Assembly: GCA_951406725.2 (NCBI GenBank)
Contig: OX597835.1
Span: forward strand, 47,802,001-47,866,000
From: Octopus vulgaris
Lineage: Eukaryota
Reading direction: 5' to 3'
Length of the DNA: 64,000 nt
Both the position numbers and the translations under genes were made by a program. Below, piece after piece: positions 43,632 through 57,168 of the stretch. A model generated the notes under the pieces. The model saw only the letters and a program-made list of their open reading frames with translations, made no database searches and was not told the DNA's origin. Positions within the stretch are counted from its first letter, which is position 1. Every line of letters starts with the position of its first letter.

Positions 43632-43687
43632 GTTCTGTATCACCGTGATTTCACATTCAACTTACGTCTAATGATCGTCAGCAGAAC
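43632..43687 (-). ncRNA. Type I hammerhead ribozyme (unit 1; also 44112-44167, 44591-44646, 45071-45126, 45551-45606 on minus)
   Basis: guucug-CUGACGA-u-cauu a gac GUAA guu g aaug-u-GAAA-ucac g guga-UA-cagaac. Confidence 0.85.
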
Positions 43688-45947
43688 TGATTCTGAACAC
43701 ATCATAAATAAACTACCAACCTTACGTAGCGAAGACGAACAGACAACTGCTCACTCCGGCCAAGCACATGGAATGTTTATAAATCATATATCCGGTAAAT
43801 GGCGGGCTTTTTTACGAACTGCATGTCGGGTAATGAAAAGTATTTCGGAATAAGTTTAACAATTAAGGATAATCTCTTAATAAGGGGTCTTAACAAGAAA
43901 TTATCGGGTAGCTAGCGTGAAAACCTCATAAAAGAAAAGAATCCGAAAATAATTTTTTTCTTTGAACAAATTAATTATATCTATATTGTATAGAGGGCAT
44001 TATTACACATAAATGCCTCACACTAGGAGGGACAAAGTCATTACTACCAAAATTATACTAATCATACCCAAATGCAGTTTTTCAAAGCAAGACATTTAAA
44101 AAATGAATTTAGTTCTGTATCACCGTGATTTCACATTCAACTTACGTCTAATGATCGTCAGCAGAACTGATTCTGAACACATCATAAATAAACTACCAAC
44201 CTTACGTAGCGAAGACGAACAGACAACTGCTCACTCCGGCCAAGCACATGGAATGTTTATAAATCATATATCCGGTAAATGGCGGGCTTTTTACGAACTG
44301 CATGTCGGGTAATGAAAAGTATTTCGGAATAAGTTTAACAATTAAGGATAATCTCTTAATAAGGGATCTTAACAAGAAATTATCGGGTAGCTAGCGTGAA
44401 AACCTCATAAAAGAAAAGAATCCGAAAATAATTTTTTCTTTTGAACAAATTAATTATATCTATATTGTATAGAGGGCATTATTACACATAAATGCCTCAC
44501 ACTAGGAGGGACAAAGTCATTACTACCAAAATTATACTAATCACACCCAAATGCAGTTTTTCAAAGCAAGACATTTAAAAATGAATTTATGTTCTGTATC
44601 ACCGTGATTTCACATTCAACTTGCGTCTAATGATCGTCAGCAGAACTGATTCTGAATACATCATAAATAAACTACCAACCTTACGTAGCGAAGACGAACA
44701 GACAACTGCTCACTCCGGCCAAGCACATGGAATGTTTATAAATCATATATCCGGTAAATGGCGGGCTTTTTACGAACTGCATGTCGGGTAATGAAAAGTA
44801 TTTCGGAATAAGTTTAACAATTAAGGATAATCTCTTAATAAGGGATCTTAACAAGAAATTATCGGGTAGCTAGCGTGAAAACCTCATAAAAGAAAAGAAT
44901 CCGAAAATAATTTTTTTCTTTTGAACAAATTAATTATATCTATATTGTATAGAGGGCATTATTACACATAAATGCCTCACACTAGGAGGGACAAAGTCAT
45001 TACTACCAAAATTATACTAATCATACCCAAATGCAGTTTTTCAAAGCAAGACATTTAAAAATGAATTATAGTTCTGTATCACCGTGATTTCACATTCAAC
45101 TTACGTCTAATGATCGTCAGCAGAACTGATTCTGAACACATCATAAATAAACTACCAACCTTACGTAGCGAAGACGAACAGACAACTGCTCACTCCGGCC
45201 AAGCACATGGAATGTTTATAAATCATATATCCGGTAAATGGCGGGCTTTTTACGAACTGCATGTCGGGTAATGAAAAGTATTTCGGAATAAGTTTAACAA
45301 TTAAGGATAATCTCTTAATAAGGGATCTTAACAAGAAATTATCGGGTAGCTAGCGTGAAAACCTCATAAAAGAAAAGAATCCGAAAATAATTTTTTTCTT
45401 TTGAACAAATTAATTATATCTATATTGTATAGAGGGCATTATTACACATAAATGCCTCACACTAGGAGGGACAAAGTCATTACTACCAAAATTATACTAA
45501 TCATACCCAAATGCAGTTTTTCAAAGCAAGACATTTAAAAAATGAATTTAGTTCTGTATCACCGTGATTTCACATTCAACTTACGTCTAATGATCGTCAG
45601 CAGAACTGATTCTGAACACATCATAAATAAACTACCAACCTTACGTAGCGAAGACGAACAGACAACTGCTCACGGATGTAAATCATTAAGCTGTATTTAT
45701 ATTTTCGAATCCGAATTTTATTTAAGATCCTAAAAGAATTATCCTTAATTGTTAAACTTATTCCGAAATACTTTTCATTACCCGACATGCAGTTCGTAAA
45801 AAGCCCGCCATTTTTGTTACCGAGATTATCCTAATTTATAAACATTCCATGTGCTTGGCCGGAGTATATGATTTATAAACATTCCATGTGCTTGGTTCGT
45901 CTTCGCTACGTAAGGTTGGTAGTTTATTTATGATGTGTTCAGAATCA

Positions 45948-46003
45948 GTTCTGCTGACGATCATTAGACGTAAGTTGAATGTGAAATCACGGTGATACAG
46001 AAC
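45948..46003 (+). ncRNA. Type I hammerhead ribozyme (inverted units; second copy 46428-46483)
   Basis: gttctg ctgacga tcattagacgtaagttgaatgt gaaa tcacggtga ta cagaac read directly. Predicted cleavage after 45997 and 46477. Confidence 0.85.
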
Positions 46004-46855
46004 TAAATTCATTTTTTAAATGTCTTGCTTTGAAAAACTGCATTTGGGTATGATTAGTATAATTTTGGTAGTAATGACTTTGTCCCTCCTAGTGTGAGGC
46101 ATTTATGTGTAATAATGCCCTCTATACAATATAGATATAATTAATTTGTTCAAAAGAAAAAAATTATTTTCGGATTCTTTTCTTTTATGAGGTTTTCACG
46201 CTAGCTACCCGATAATTTCTTGTTAAGATCCCTTATTAAGAGATTATCCTTAATTGTTAAACTTATTCCGAAATACTTTTCATTACCCGACATGCAGTTC
46301 GTAAAAAGCCCGCCATTTACCGGATATATGATTTATAAACATTCCATGTGCTTGGCCGGAGTGAGCAGTTGTCTGTTCGTCTTCGCTACGTAAGGTTGGT
46401 AGTTTATTTATGATGTGTTCAGAATCAGTTCTGCTGACGATCATTAGACGTAAGTTGAATGTGAAATCACGGTGATACAGAACTAAATTCATTTTTAAAT
46501 GTCTTGCTTTGAAAAACTGCATTTGGGTATGATTAGTATAATTTTGGTAGTAATGACTTTGTCCCTCCTAGTGTGAGGCATTTATGTGTAATAATGCCCT
46601 CTATACAATATAGATATAATTAATTTGTTCAAAAGAAAAAAATTATTTTCGGATTCTTTTCTTTTATGAGGTTTTCACGCTAGCTACCCGATAATTTCTT
46701 GTTAAGATCCCTTATTAAGAGATTATCCTTAATTGTTAAACTTATTCCGAAATACTTTTCATTACCCGACATGCAGTTCGTAAAAAGCCCGCCATTTACC
46801 GGATATATGATTTATAAACATTTAAATATATATATATATATATATATATACTCTT

Positions 46856-46902
<47 letters not shown>

Positions 46903-46907
<5 letters not shown>

Positions 46908-47105
46908 ACTTGTTTCAGTCATTTGACTGCGGCCATGCTGGAGCACCGCCTTTAGTCGAGCAACTCGATCCCGGGACTTATTCTTTGTAAGCCCAGTACT
47001 TATTCTATCGGTCTCTTTTGCCGAACCGCTAAGTGACGGGGACATAAACACACCAGCATCAGTTGTCAAGCAATGCTAGGGGGACAAACACAGACACACA
47101 AACAT
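46903..47105 (-). mobile_element. SINE family A 3' half
   Basis: Near-identical reverse complement of 54690-54895. Confidence 0.85.
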
Positions 47106-47108
47106 ACA

Positions 47109-47145
<37 letters not shown>

Positions 47146-47232
47146 ACATATATATATTATATTAAGATATATAATTATAAATATAAATATTATATATATA
47201 TATATATATACATACATACACAATATATGTAT

Positions 47233-47295
<63 letters not shown>

Positions 47296-47507
47296 CATAC
47301 ATACATACATGTATGTATATATATATATATATATATATGTTTGTATATATATATATATATATATATATACGAAGACGTACTTGCATAGCGAGTGACTTGA
47401 TCTGAGATCGTGTGCTGGAACGAAAACAATTGCAGCGTGGAAGGTGTTTATAAGCCATTTAAGATACACACAAAATCCGTTAGATTCACTTCAACATCTA
47501 AATTTAA

Positions 47508-47558
47508 TTTGTCAAAATATTTTCGTCTTTTTGAGACCGCGACCTGTTCACTGACAAA
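47508..47558 (-). ncRNA. Hammerhead-like motif, G3-C8 core variant
   Basis: Minus strand: tttgtca-GUGAACA-g-gtc..gac-GAAA-atat-UU-tgacaaa with a 7-bp stem I. Partial inverted copy at 47578-47611 has an intact gtcgc/gcgac stem II. Confidence 0.6.
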
Positions 47559-47624
47559 ACTACGTGCAACACGTAATTTTGTCAGTGAATAGGTCGCGGT
47601 CTCAAAGCGACATTATTATTACTA

Positions 47625-47730
47625 TTTATAGGTTTTTCTTCTTCTTTCAAATTTGCTTCTATTTCTTGCCGAGTTTCTTCCCGACTCCTAGGGCAAGGAA
47701 ACTCATAGTATACATTGGTAGGCCATTAAA
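47625..47730 (-). mobile_element. Isolated 3' UTR of the Dong-like LINE in (TTA)n
   Basis: Reverse complement resembles 8965-9045 ('gccctagg', 'actcggc', 'aaatttgaa'). Confidence 0.65.
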
Positions 47731-47731
47731 C

Positions 47732-47794
<63 letters not shown>

Positions 47795-47857
47795 GATTAT
47801 TATTATCAGCTGGTGCTTCGTGTACCCTCTAATATAATTAAGAATATATATACACAC

Positions 47858-47894
<37 letters not shown>

Positions 47895-47911
47895 TAGACA
47901 GACAGACAGAC

Positions 47912-47984
<73 letters not shown>

Positions 47985-48385
47985 TAGATATATAGCAAAT
48001 AGTGTGGGATTATCAATCCGCGCAAAACACTTCATAAGTTCTATGTACTCCAGGCTAAAAATATTAATTACGTCAATAAAGAACCCCAACTAATCTGTTA
48101 ATAGGGTCCAAGGTTTTGGTTCATCACATTACTATTTTGTAAATCTGTGGAAGGGCTTCAGATAAACTTTTATTTTTGCAAACACAGAGTGATATATACG
48201 AAACATGTTAAAAATTTAAGGCCTTGTGCCTTTAGTAGAAAGGATTATTATGTGTGTGTGTGTATTTGCGTTTGTGTGTTTGTGTTTGTGCTTGTGTGTG
48301 TGTGTGTGTACACGCACTGCCATATCTGTTTAAAACTATATGCACGCATAATAGTAGATTAATATCATTTCCAGGAAGCATTATT

Positions 48386-48447
<62 letters not shown>

Positions 48448-48451
48448 TACA

Positions 48452-48496
<45 letters not shown>

Positions 48497-49101
48497 ACAC
48501 ACACTCACGGACGCACATTCAATCACGCACACACATATGCAAAGTATAAAAATTGAGAATGTAGTTCGAAGTCATCTATGTTTACCTGATATTTCAATAT
48601 TTCTAGGTTAGTGTCCCTTCTTCAGAAAACCGCCTTGTGATACGTAGATTTTATGAGAAAGGGGTCCTAACCCGAACTATCGAAACAACTGGCAGAAGTG
48701 CATAACATCAACTTGGGAATATTATAAAGTTTTTATAAGTTGCGTTGATTTGGCCATAAAAAATTTAAACATTTACATACACGTGAGTTTGAATAAACCT
48801 CGAGAGTCAACGCTTCAAGGCACAGTCAAGCATTATTCATAACAAAATTTGCTGTATTGAGGCCATTCGTAAAATGTTTATTGCTCTTACCTAACAGCTC
48901 TAAAAGTAGTACAAAGACTGCGGTGGCTTAAATATTGAGAAGAAAGCGATGGTTCCAATATTGCGAAGAAAGCGATGGTTTAAAAATCGCGATGTGTGAA
49001 AGAAATTCATTACAACCTTACCCCATTCACGCACATACCCTTTCTCCCTCTTTCTTCGTGTATATGCAGGTGAGCATTGTGTGTGTGTATATATGCATAC
49101 A

Positions 49102-49636
49102 TATTGGATTGTCAGATAAATTCTTTCTTTTATTGTAACATTATTTGAAATAAAAGGAAAAATATTTCTATCGTAGTATTTATTATTTTTTGTAGCTGTA
49201 CCTTTGTTTTCGAAATTTGAATAAATTTTATTTCTTTTTTATGTTTTTTTTTCTCTGCAGACCCAAGTGGAAAACAATGCATTCTAGGCATTTGCTCCTT
49301 TCTGCTTTCAATCAAGATTCTAAATTTGCCAGATCCATTAGAGTCAGTTGTGCTGTCCACTGAGAAGGCGCTGTTACGAAAAGAACTGCAAAGAAACGGT
49401 TTTCACGCTTCAAGGAAAGGAAATTCGTAATCACAGACTCTCCGTGTTCCCATCAATGCGGACCGATTGATCGAGCTCTTGCCTGAGGATCGGACCAATC
49501 TATAAGGGAATTGGCCCAGCAGCTGGAATGCTCTCATGATACCGTCCCCCTCAGTTGCCCTCGAAATGTCCAAAGCTTACGTACATGAAAATACATGCAA
49601 AAGAAGGAACGAATAATTTTATCTGACAACCCAATA
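49102..49636 (+). mobile_element. Internally deleted mariner
   Basis: TIRs 'tattggattgtcagataaa' and 'tttatctgacaacccaata', with an internal (R/W)FSRFKERKF remnant. Confidence 0.8.
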
Positions 49637-49644
49637 TATACGTA

Positions 49645-50450
49645 CATTTCAGGAAAAGTGAGCGCGAACCAAATTATTTTCCTGGGTCTATTCTTAGGTC
49701 TGTTTTTAATTCTCCGCATCATTGCTAGAAGGGCAGGAAGGAATATGACTTATACACATAGATGATTTTTTTGTGTTTCCTTAGAATTAGACTTTCAGTC
49801 TTATAAGCTGTACCATAAGCCCAAAAAGAAACTTTTCTACATACACAAACAGTTCTGCCACTCCCTATAGAGTTTCAAACTTTAAGGCAGCCCTCTACTA
49901 TAACAATGCCCTCGCTAACAAGAATGACAAGAATAATTTCGTTCGCTCCACACTTTTCCCTCTCGGTAGGTTAAAGATTCCTGTCTCTCTTAGATAAGCA
50001 TTTCCCAGAAAATCGCAAATATATAAAATCTTCAACAGATGCTCAATGAATTATCATATAGCTGTTGTCCAATATGAACAGCATCATTACACGAAAATAT
50101 CAGCAATTGTATTGTAACTGTCGAGAGCTTGGTACTTGTCTACTCGACCAGGGATGCATAATAAACTCCGCCCTGTATAAAGCAGAAACCTCAGCAACGC
50201 TGCATGATAACCTAAACGAAAGGAGGTATTACTTCGGAAGTCATTGTGCTAAACACCTTTCTTCTTTCCAGCTCATATAAAACCGGAAGTAAAGCCACTA
50301 AGTTGGCTTAGCCACCAATAAGGTTTGAAGACTAACGTTACGCAACATGCAATGAAGTGGAGAAACATTGAACAACCCATGCCATATGTTAATGGATAAA
50401 AACAAATGCAAGATATGCGTAGCTGAAAGATATCATATCCTTTTTTTAGA
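49645..50450 (+). pseudogene. Decayed PLE of a second family (RT thumb + GIY-YIG)
   Basis: FLSLLDKHFPENRK..KIFNR..LSYSC..NMNSII..CNCR..C..GC..LYKA..YYFGS..KHLSSF..CKICVAERYHIL on plus. A RPRKIIWFA motif on the minus strand at ~49660-49700. Confidence 0.75.
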
Positions 50451-50459
50451 GTCCAAATG

Positions 50460-50820
50460 CGCGGCACCTTGGGCAAGTGTTTTCAGCCATAGACTCGGAC
50501 CCAGCAAAGCCTTGTGGTTTGATTTGGTAGATGAAAACCGAAAGAAGCTTCTGTGTGTGTGTGTGTGTGTGCATGTGTGTATGAGTGTTTGTGTGTATGT
50601 GAGTGTGTGCTTGTGTCCGTGTTTTCCCCACTACCGTTTGAGAACCGGTGTTGGTGTATTTACATCCCTGTAACAGCAGTTTGACAATAGGAATCGACAG
50701 AATAACAACCAGGCTTCAAATAGAATAAGTACTGGGGTGGATCTCAATAAAAAAATTCCTCATGGCGTTGCCCCAGAATGGCCGCAGTCTAATGCCTGGA
50801 ATAAGTAAAAGACAAAAGAT
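50460..50820 (+). mobile_element. SINE family A (5'-truncated)
   Basis: 'ccttgggcaagtg' through 'atggccgcagtctaatg'. Confidence 0.7.
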
Positions 50821-51416
50821 AACAATACAGAGATAAACTATATGTGTGTGTGTGTGTCTGCTTATGTATCTATCTGTATACATGTATATATGTACGTATA
50901 TACATGTATCCTATGCCTGCGTATGTACAGAAGTTGTACATATGTATGTACATAAATTATAATAAATTATAATAAATTATTTATTGGCGGTCTTGAGATA
51001 CCCGACATTCCCTTCTCTTGTCCCCACACAGACACTATTGTTATGGCTGCAATTAATATATAATTATTGATAGTTTCAGTAACAGAATACATCGTTCGTT
51101 TTGGTGAGAGATGTAATGGCGACAGGAAAGAAAAACGTCTGCTATTATTTCATTCTCTCTCTTTCTTACTCTCTTTATACATACACACATGCATATGCAT
51201 ATATATATATATATATATATACGCATACATATATGTACATATATAAATACATATATGCATAACATATTCATGGATACATATACACATTGTGGGACATTAT
51301 CAACTCTCTCTGTTTCATTTTCAGTTTCTCTCCCTCTCACTTACTCTCTGTCTCTCTACCTCATTCACTTCCTCTTGGTGTATACACATAGACACACACA
51401 CACTAGTGTATGTACG

Positions 51417-51454
<38 letters not shown>

Positions 51455-52552
51455 CATACAAATGTATCAACATATATATGTGTGTATGTGTGTATAAATA
51501 CAACTTACATGCATATATACGTAATATATATATATATATAAATACACACACTCCACACACTCACACACACATATATATTCACATTTACTTATGAGAATTA
51601 TCATGTATATATACGCACACCTATATACAAATACACACACAGATATACGTACATTTTAGAATGGAAAATCTACATGAACTACGTCACACATACTCACACA
51701 TAAATACCCATACTAAGACAATCACACACACACACACTCAAATACACATGCGCATGCGTGCACACTGTCATACACACATATATACACATATATACAAGCT
51801 ATTCCAAGAAGCTTTCACACGTTATAACAGTAAAAACGTACGACATTCGAGTGACTATCACTAGGTCTTCGCCGATTAATATTCCCATAATTTCAACAGT
51901 TTCCACCAGATCAAAGCTTTAAGCTTTACGATTAACCATAAAACTTTCCGAAGTGGATGTTAAATTCTAGGTTAAACCCCAAGAAACCAACGCTTTGGCA
52001 ATTTACAGACATTTACAGTAATCGAAATATTTATTGCTTAGAATCTGTGTGCGTATGTATTGGAATGAGAGGTTGTGTGTGTGTGTTTGTATATGTATGA
52101 GTGTATGTGTGCGTACGCTTTTTATTTTTTTCTTCTTCTTTTAAACTGCTTACATAGAATAAATGTTGTCTGTTGTGCACTAGATTAAAGACAGGCGCTT
52201 GTAAAACCGTGTATATATGTACACATGTAGGTATATATGTATATACGTAGTTTCTATGTATATATGCATATGTATATAAATATGTGTATATATATATATA
52301 CATATGCATGTATATATATATATATATATGCATATATGTGTATATATATACTTGTATATGTAGATATAAATACATATATATCTTTATATCCGTACCTACA
52401 TACGTATGAACGTATTTATACGTATACATATATGTATGTTTATGCATATATTCATGTTTACATACCGTGTAAATATATATATATGTTTGTGTGTGTCTAT
52501 GTATGTATGTATAGAGAGAGAAACATATATTTATATATATATATATATATAT

Positions 52553-52617
<65 letters not shown>

Positions 52618-52715
52618 GAGACAGATAGATAGATAGAAAAACAGATAGACACATAGACACAGAATATTTATTTATACATATCAATATTTATTTCGATATT
52701 TCGAACTTAACCTTG

Positions 52716-52755
<40 letters not shown>

Positions 52756-53305
52756 TATGTGAGCGTATACATGCATATATGTATGTATGTGTGTATATAT
52801 GTATACATGTATGCATGCATGCATGTAAGCATGTATGTATGTATGTATGTATGTATGTATGTATGTATGTATGTATGTATGTATGTATGCATGTAAGTAG
52901 ACACACACAAATAATTCTGGAGGCAGTGTTTGCATGCCGGAAGTGTAGACAACAGTTGGAAATGAACGAAGAAGGGAACAAAGGAAAAGAAAGGAAAATA
53001 AAAAGAAAGAGAAATAGAAAGAAATCTAAAAAAAGGGATAGATATAACGAAAGAAAGCAGAGAGAAATAAATCGAAATATGGAGGACAGAAAATGAAGGA
53101 AAGGTGTTAAATGGCGATTATGTTATGTTGGTTAAGAGTTGACGAAGCCATTGTACTGTTGAGCAATAATATATATTGTATCCAAACGTAGAGTTGAAAC
53201 TATAGGCTTTAAGTACACACACAGGCAATCAGCATTATTTACACGTGTCTATCTATCTATCTATCTTATTTTATTTTATTTTCTCTCTCTGCTTATTTCT
53301 GTGTT

Positions 53306-53343
53306 TCTTTCTGTTGAAGAGCGTAGGCTCGAAACATTAAAGA
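53306..53343 (+). ncRNA. Hammerhead-like motif (CUGUUGA family)
   Basis: tcttt-ctgttga-a-gagcgtaggctc-gaaa-ca-tt-aaaga. Confidence 0.45.
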
Positions 53344-53426
53344 ATTTCTCACTTCCCTAACGTTAAACTAATACATCTGTTTGTGGTCTACACCGCCTGT
53401 CTTCATCGTTTTTTTTTGTAATAAAT

Positions 53427-53516
<90 letters not shown>

Positions 53517-53805
53517 CCTCTCGAGGCGCAGCCATGAATGTGTGTTAAGAAACTTGCTCTCAGCTACATGATTCCGCTTCCAGTCCCACTGTGTGATACC
53601 TTCGGCAACTGTCTTCTACAATACCCCCGGGCCGACCGAATACGTGTGAGTGGATTTGGTAGACGGAAACTGAAAGAAGCGTGTTGTATACACACACACA
53701 CATATACATATATATACGCATACATAGAAGCTATTTTATACGTTCTAACAGTAAAAATGTATTACATTCGAGTTACTATCGCTAGGTCTTCGCGGATTAA
53801 CATTC

Positions 53806-53904
<99 letters not shown>

Positions 53905-54056
53905 ATATATAGTTAATCCAAACATGAAAACACAAAGAGAAAACACAACAACGCGAGGACGTGGAACAAGTATAGTATTATTGGACGCTCAGGAAAGAAG
54001 GAGGAAAAAAAAACGCCAACGGCACACACGCGGTCACATTTTGAATGACCGGAAGG

Positions 54057-54094
<38 letters not shown>

Positions 54095-54434
54095 GTGTAT
54101 GTGTGTGTATGTGTGTGTCCGTATATGTGTTGTATGTGTGTCACTGTGTGAGAGAAGACCACTATGTGGTCTTCTTACATGCAAAAAAGGGCAGTCAAAT
54201 TCCCATACCATGAAAGAACATGGTTATTTAGACCACTGATTGTTAGCGAGCAGGACAGTTTGAAAGAATTAAAATATCTGTTAATTCTATACTTCGGAAT
54301 TTCACCATTAATGATTAAATAAATCAATTGATGAATTAACCATCCATGGATCTTCAGTAGAATCGGTGGGGCATATAATTATAAAACTCGAATAGGTTTT
54401 ACAAATAGTTATTTTGCTTATATATATATTATAA

Positions 54435-54499
<65 letters not shown>

Positions 54500-54905
54500 G
54501 GCGCAGGAGTGGCTGTGTGGTAAGTAGCTTGCTAACCAACCACATGGTTCCGGGTTCAGTCCCACTGCGTGGCATCTTGGGCAAGTGTCTTCTGCTATAG
54601 CCCCGGGCCGACCAATGCCTTGTGAGTGGATTTGGTAGACGGAAACTGAAAGAAGCCTGTCGTATATATGTATATATATATATGTGTTTGTTTGTGTGTC
54701 TGTGTTTGTTCCCCTAGCATTGCTTGACAACCGATGCTGGTGTGTTTACGTCCCCGTCACTTAGCGGTTCGGCAAAAAAGAGACCGATAGAATAAGTACT
54801 GGGCTTACGAAGAATAAGTCCCGGGGTCGAGTTGCTCGATTAAAGGCGGTGCTCCAGCATGGCCGCAGTCAAATGACGGAAACAAGTAAAAGAGAAAGAG
54901 AAAGA
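54500..54905 (+). mobile_element. tRNA-derived SINE family A, complete reference copy
   Basis: A box 'tggctgtgtggt', B-like 'gggttcagtccc', 'ttgggcaagt' central box, internal (TA/TG) tract, tail 'ggcggtgctccagcatggccgcagtcaaatga' and an AG-rich end. Confidence 0.9.
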
Positions 54906-54930
54906 GATATATATATATATAATTTTATAC

Positions 54931-54969
<39 letters not shown>

Positions 54970-55009
54970 ATACATTATATATATAATTTTATATATATAT
55001 ATATATATA

Positions 55010-55320
55010 TCATGTGATCACGTGACCAACCAATCCATCAGATGTAGTTACACATCGCTGGTCACAATGCGTTCGCATTGTTTTAGCCTTCGAATGACGC
55101 CACCCGCTGGCTAAGCGAGTAGGCCAACAGAGGAAAGAATGGGAGAAAGAGTGGTGAAAGAGTACAGCAGGGATCACCACCCCCTGCCGGAGCCTTGTGG
55201 AGCTTTTGGGCGTTTTCGCTCATATAAACACTCACAACACCCGGACACCCGGTCTGGGAATCGAAACCGCGATCCTACAACCGCGAGTCCGCTGCCCTAA
55301 CCACTGGGCCATTGCGCCTC

Positions 55321-55321
<1 letters not shown>
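55010..55321 (-). mobile_element. SINE with family C head and a different 3' tail
   Basis: 55130-55320 matches 21945-22130, while 55010-55125 is unrelated to 21740-21940. Confidence 0.8.
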
Positions 55322-55364
<43 letters not shown>

Positions 55365-55435
55365 GTATATACACATATACACATATATAATGTATTTATA
55401 TATATTATATTATATATTATATTATATATATACAC

Positions 55436-55500
<65 letters not shown>

Positions 55501-55699
55501 AGCAAAATAACTAGTCGTAAAATCTCAAGAAGAGACGGGAGTAGTAACTATACGAACAAGTTAAGTCAATCGCCACATCAAAGTGACTGTTCCATGTTAC
55601 TATTAGTTTAACCCCAGGCAGACCCCCCGCCTGCTGGTTATCCGTGCGGCGCTGCACCCTATATATGCAATATATATTGCTAGCAGGGGGACCGAAAAC

Positions 55700-56250
55700 C
55701 TACCATTCCTCTAGCAGACAACAGGATCGTGAGACTCACTCCATTTCGATCTTGTTGGCTCATCTTCAGTCACAAGTGCCTAGTCGCCTGAGCGACAGCA
55801 TCTTCCAGTTGCTCATCGGTTCCACCGGCTCAATCTTCTTAGTTTTGTGGCGCTGGATTGCCTTGAGTTACACAATCAGTTTGACACACTGCAGTGACCA
55901 CAGTTGGAAGTAGTATCCAAGCATTGTATCCTTGTTTCCGGTTCTGAATCATCTCAGATTACATCCAAATATTCGTTTGAACAGTGCTACTACCTTAGAA
56001 ATATTCACATGGGATGTAGCATTATTGCTCATGCGGACTCCCAATCACCAATTCTGGCTCTGGGATTGCATTACTCGTGGTCCTGTGTATTCCAAGTGTA
56101 ATCTGTTTGAGGGCCGAGAGTGCTGGAAACGTCTCAACATTGAACTGCATATTATTTCATCGGCCCACTTGCGCATTGCATTTCGGTTTTTTGGCAGTTC
56201 CTGGATGTCATCAACATCCTTGATTGCCTGAGAGAGCCACCACAAACTAG
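55700..56250 (-). pseudogene. Highly decayed PLE-like 3' end with hammerhead remnant (55737-55778)
   Basis: Minus strand: CUGAAGA-u-gagc caacaa gatc-GAAA downstream of an NRKQGY-like C-terminal remnant. Confidence 0.35.
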
Positions 56251-56627
56251 TAGTAGTCCCGATCGATGTGTATATATGTATTTGTATATATTATACTTAC
56301 AGGTATATACGTATGTGATTGTATCTGCGGGTATATGTGTGTTATATGTGTGTGTGCTTGTGCATATATAACTGTCTCTCTCTGTCTCTCGCTCTGTGTA
56401 TAGTGTGTGCGTGTGTTTTATATGAATATACACAAGCGTAAAAATTTTTATGTATTTTACGAGAAAATTATTCGTTTTTAGAAATGCATTTTTCCTTCAG
56501 TTCATACATATATATACACGTGCCTGAATACACGAACGTGCAATCCCCTCTTTCCCAGAGGCACATGTGCATATGTATGTATATGTACATATGTATAGAT
56601 GTACATATGTGTATACAAATGTATCAA

Positions 56628-56670
<43 letters not shown>

Positions 56671-57053
56671 TCATACACACTTATTAAAAACTTTATATAT
56701 ATATATATATGTGGGTGTATATATATTTGTAATGTCATATATAATATATATGCAATTTTATATATAATATAATATGTATAATGTGTGTGTGTGCGCATGC
56801 GTGTATAAGCGTGTTCCCGTTTACAGTGTATGAGATTTAATGAAGCGGACCATTTAGCAGTGAACGCTGTCTATTAGTATATTGCCGAGTCTCAGTTCCG
56901 CTCCACTGATTCTTCAATAGAACAATGTTTTACTTCAATCAAATGGAATCGGTAAATTATTTTGAAAATTCTTGTGAAATTTTTATTTCTCGTTTATAGC
57001 GATTTAGTGAAAAAAAATTTATGTATAGTTCTCTTTCTCTCTCTCTTTCTCTC

Positions 57054-57097
<44 letters not shown>

Positions 57098-57133
57098 TAT
57101 ATATATAAGTATACATATGTATAGATATAATTA

Positions 57134-57168
<35 letters not shown>

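Larger units (their letters stand above)
43504..46820. repeat. Tandem/inverted array of 479-480 bp hammerhead-containing units (candidate non-LTR retrozyme)
   Basis: Unit starts at ~43504, 43984, 44463, 44943 and 45423 (last partial). Orientation flips at ~45673-45895 and ~2.3 inverted units run to 46820. Near-identical units, (TA)n on both flanks. Confidence 0.95.

Noticed and set aside
43623-43853. 63-79 aa ORF repeated in the 480-bp units
   Set aside because: Antisense to the ribozyme, variable in frame between units, no recognisable motif.
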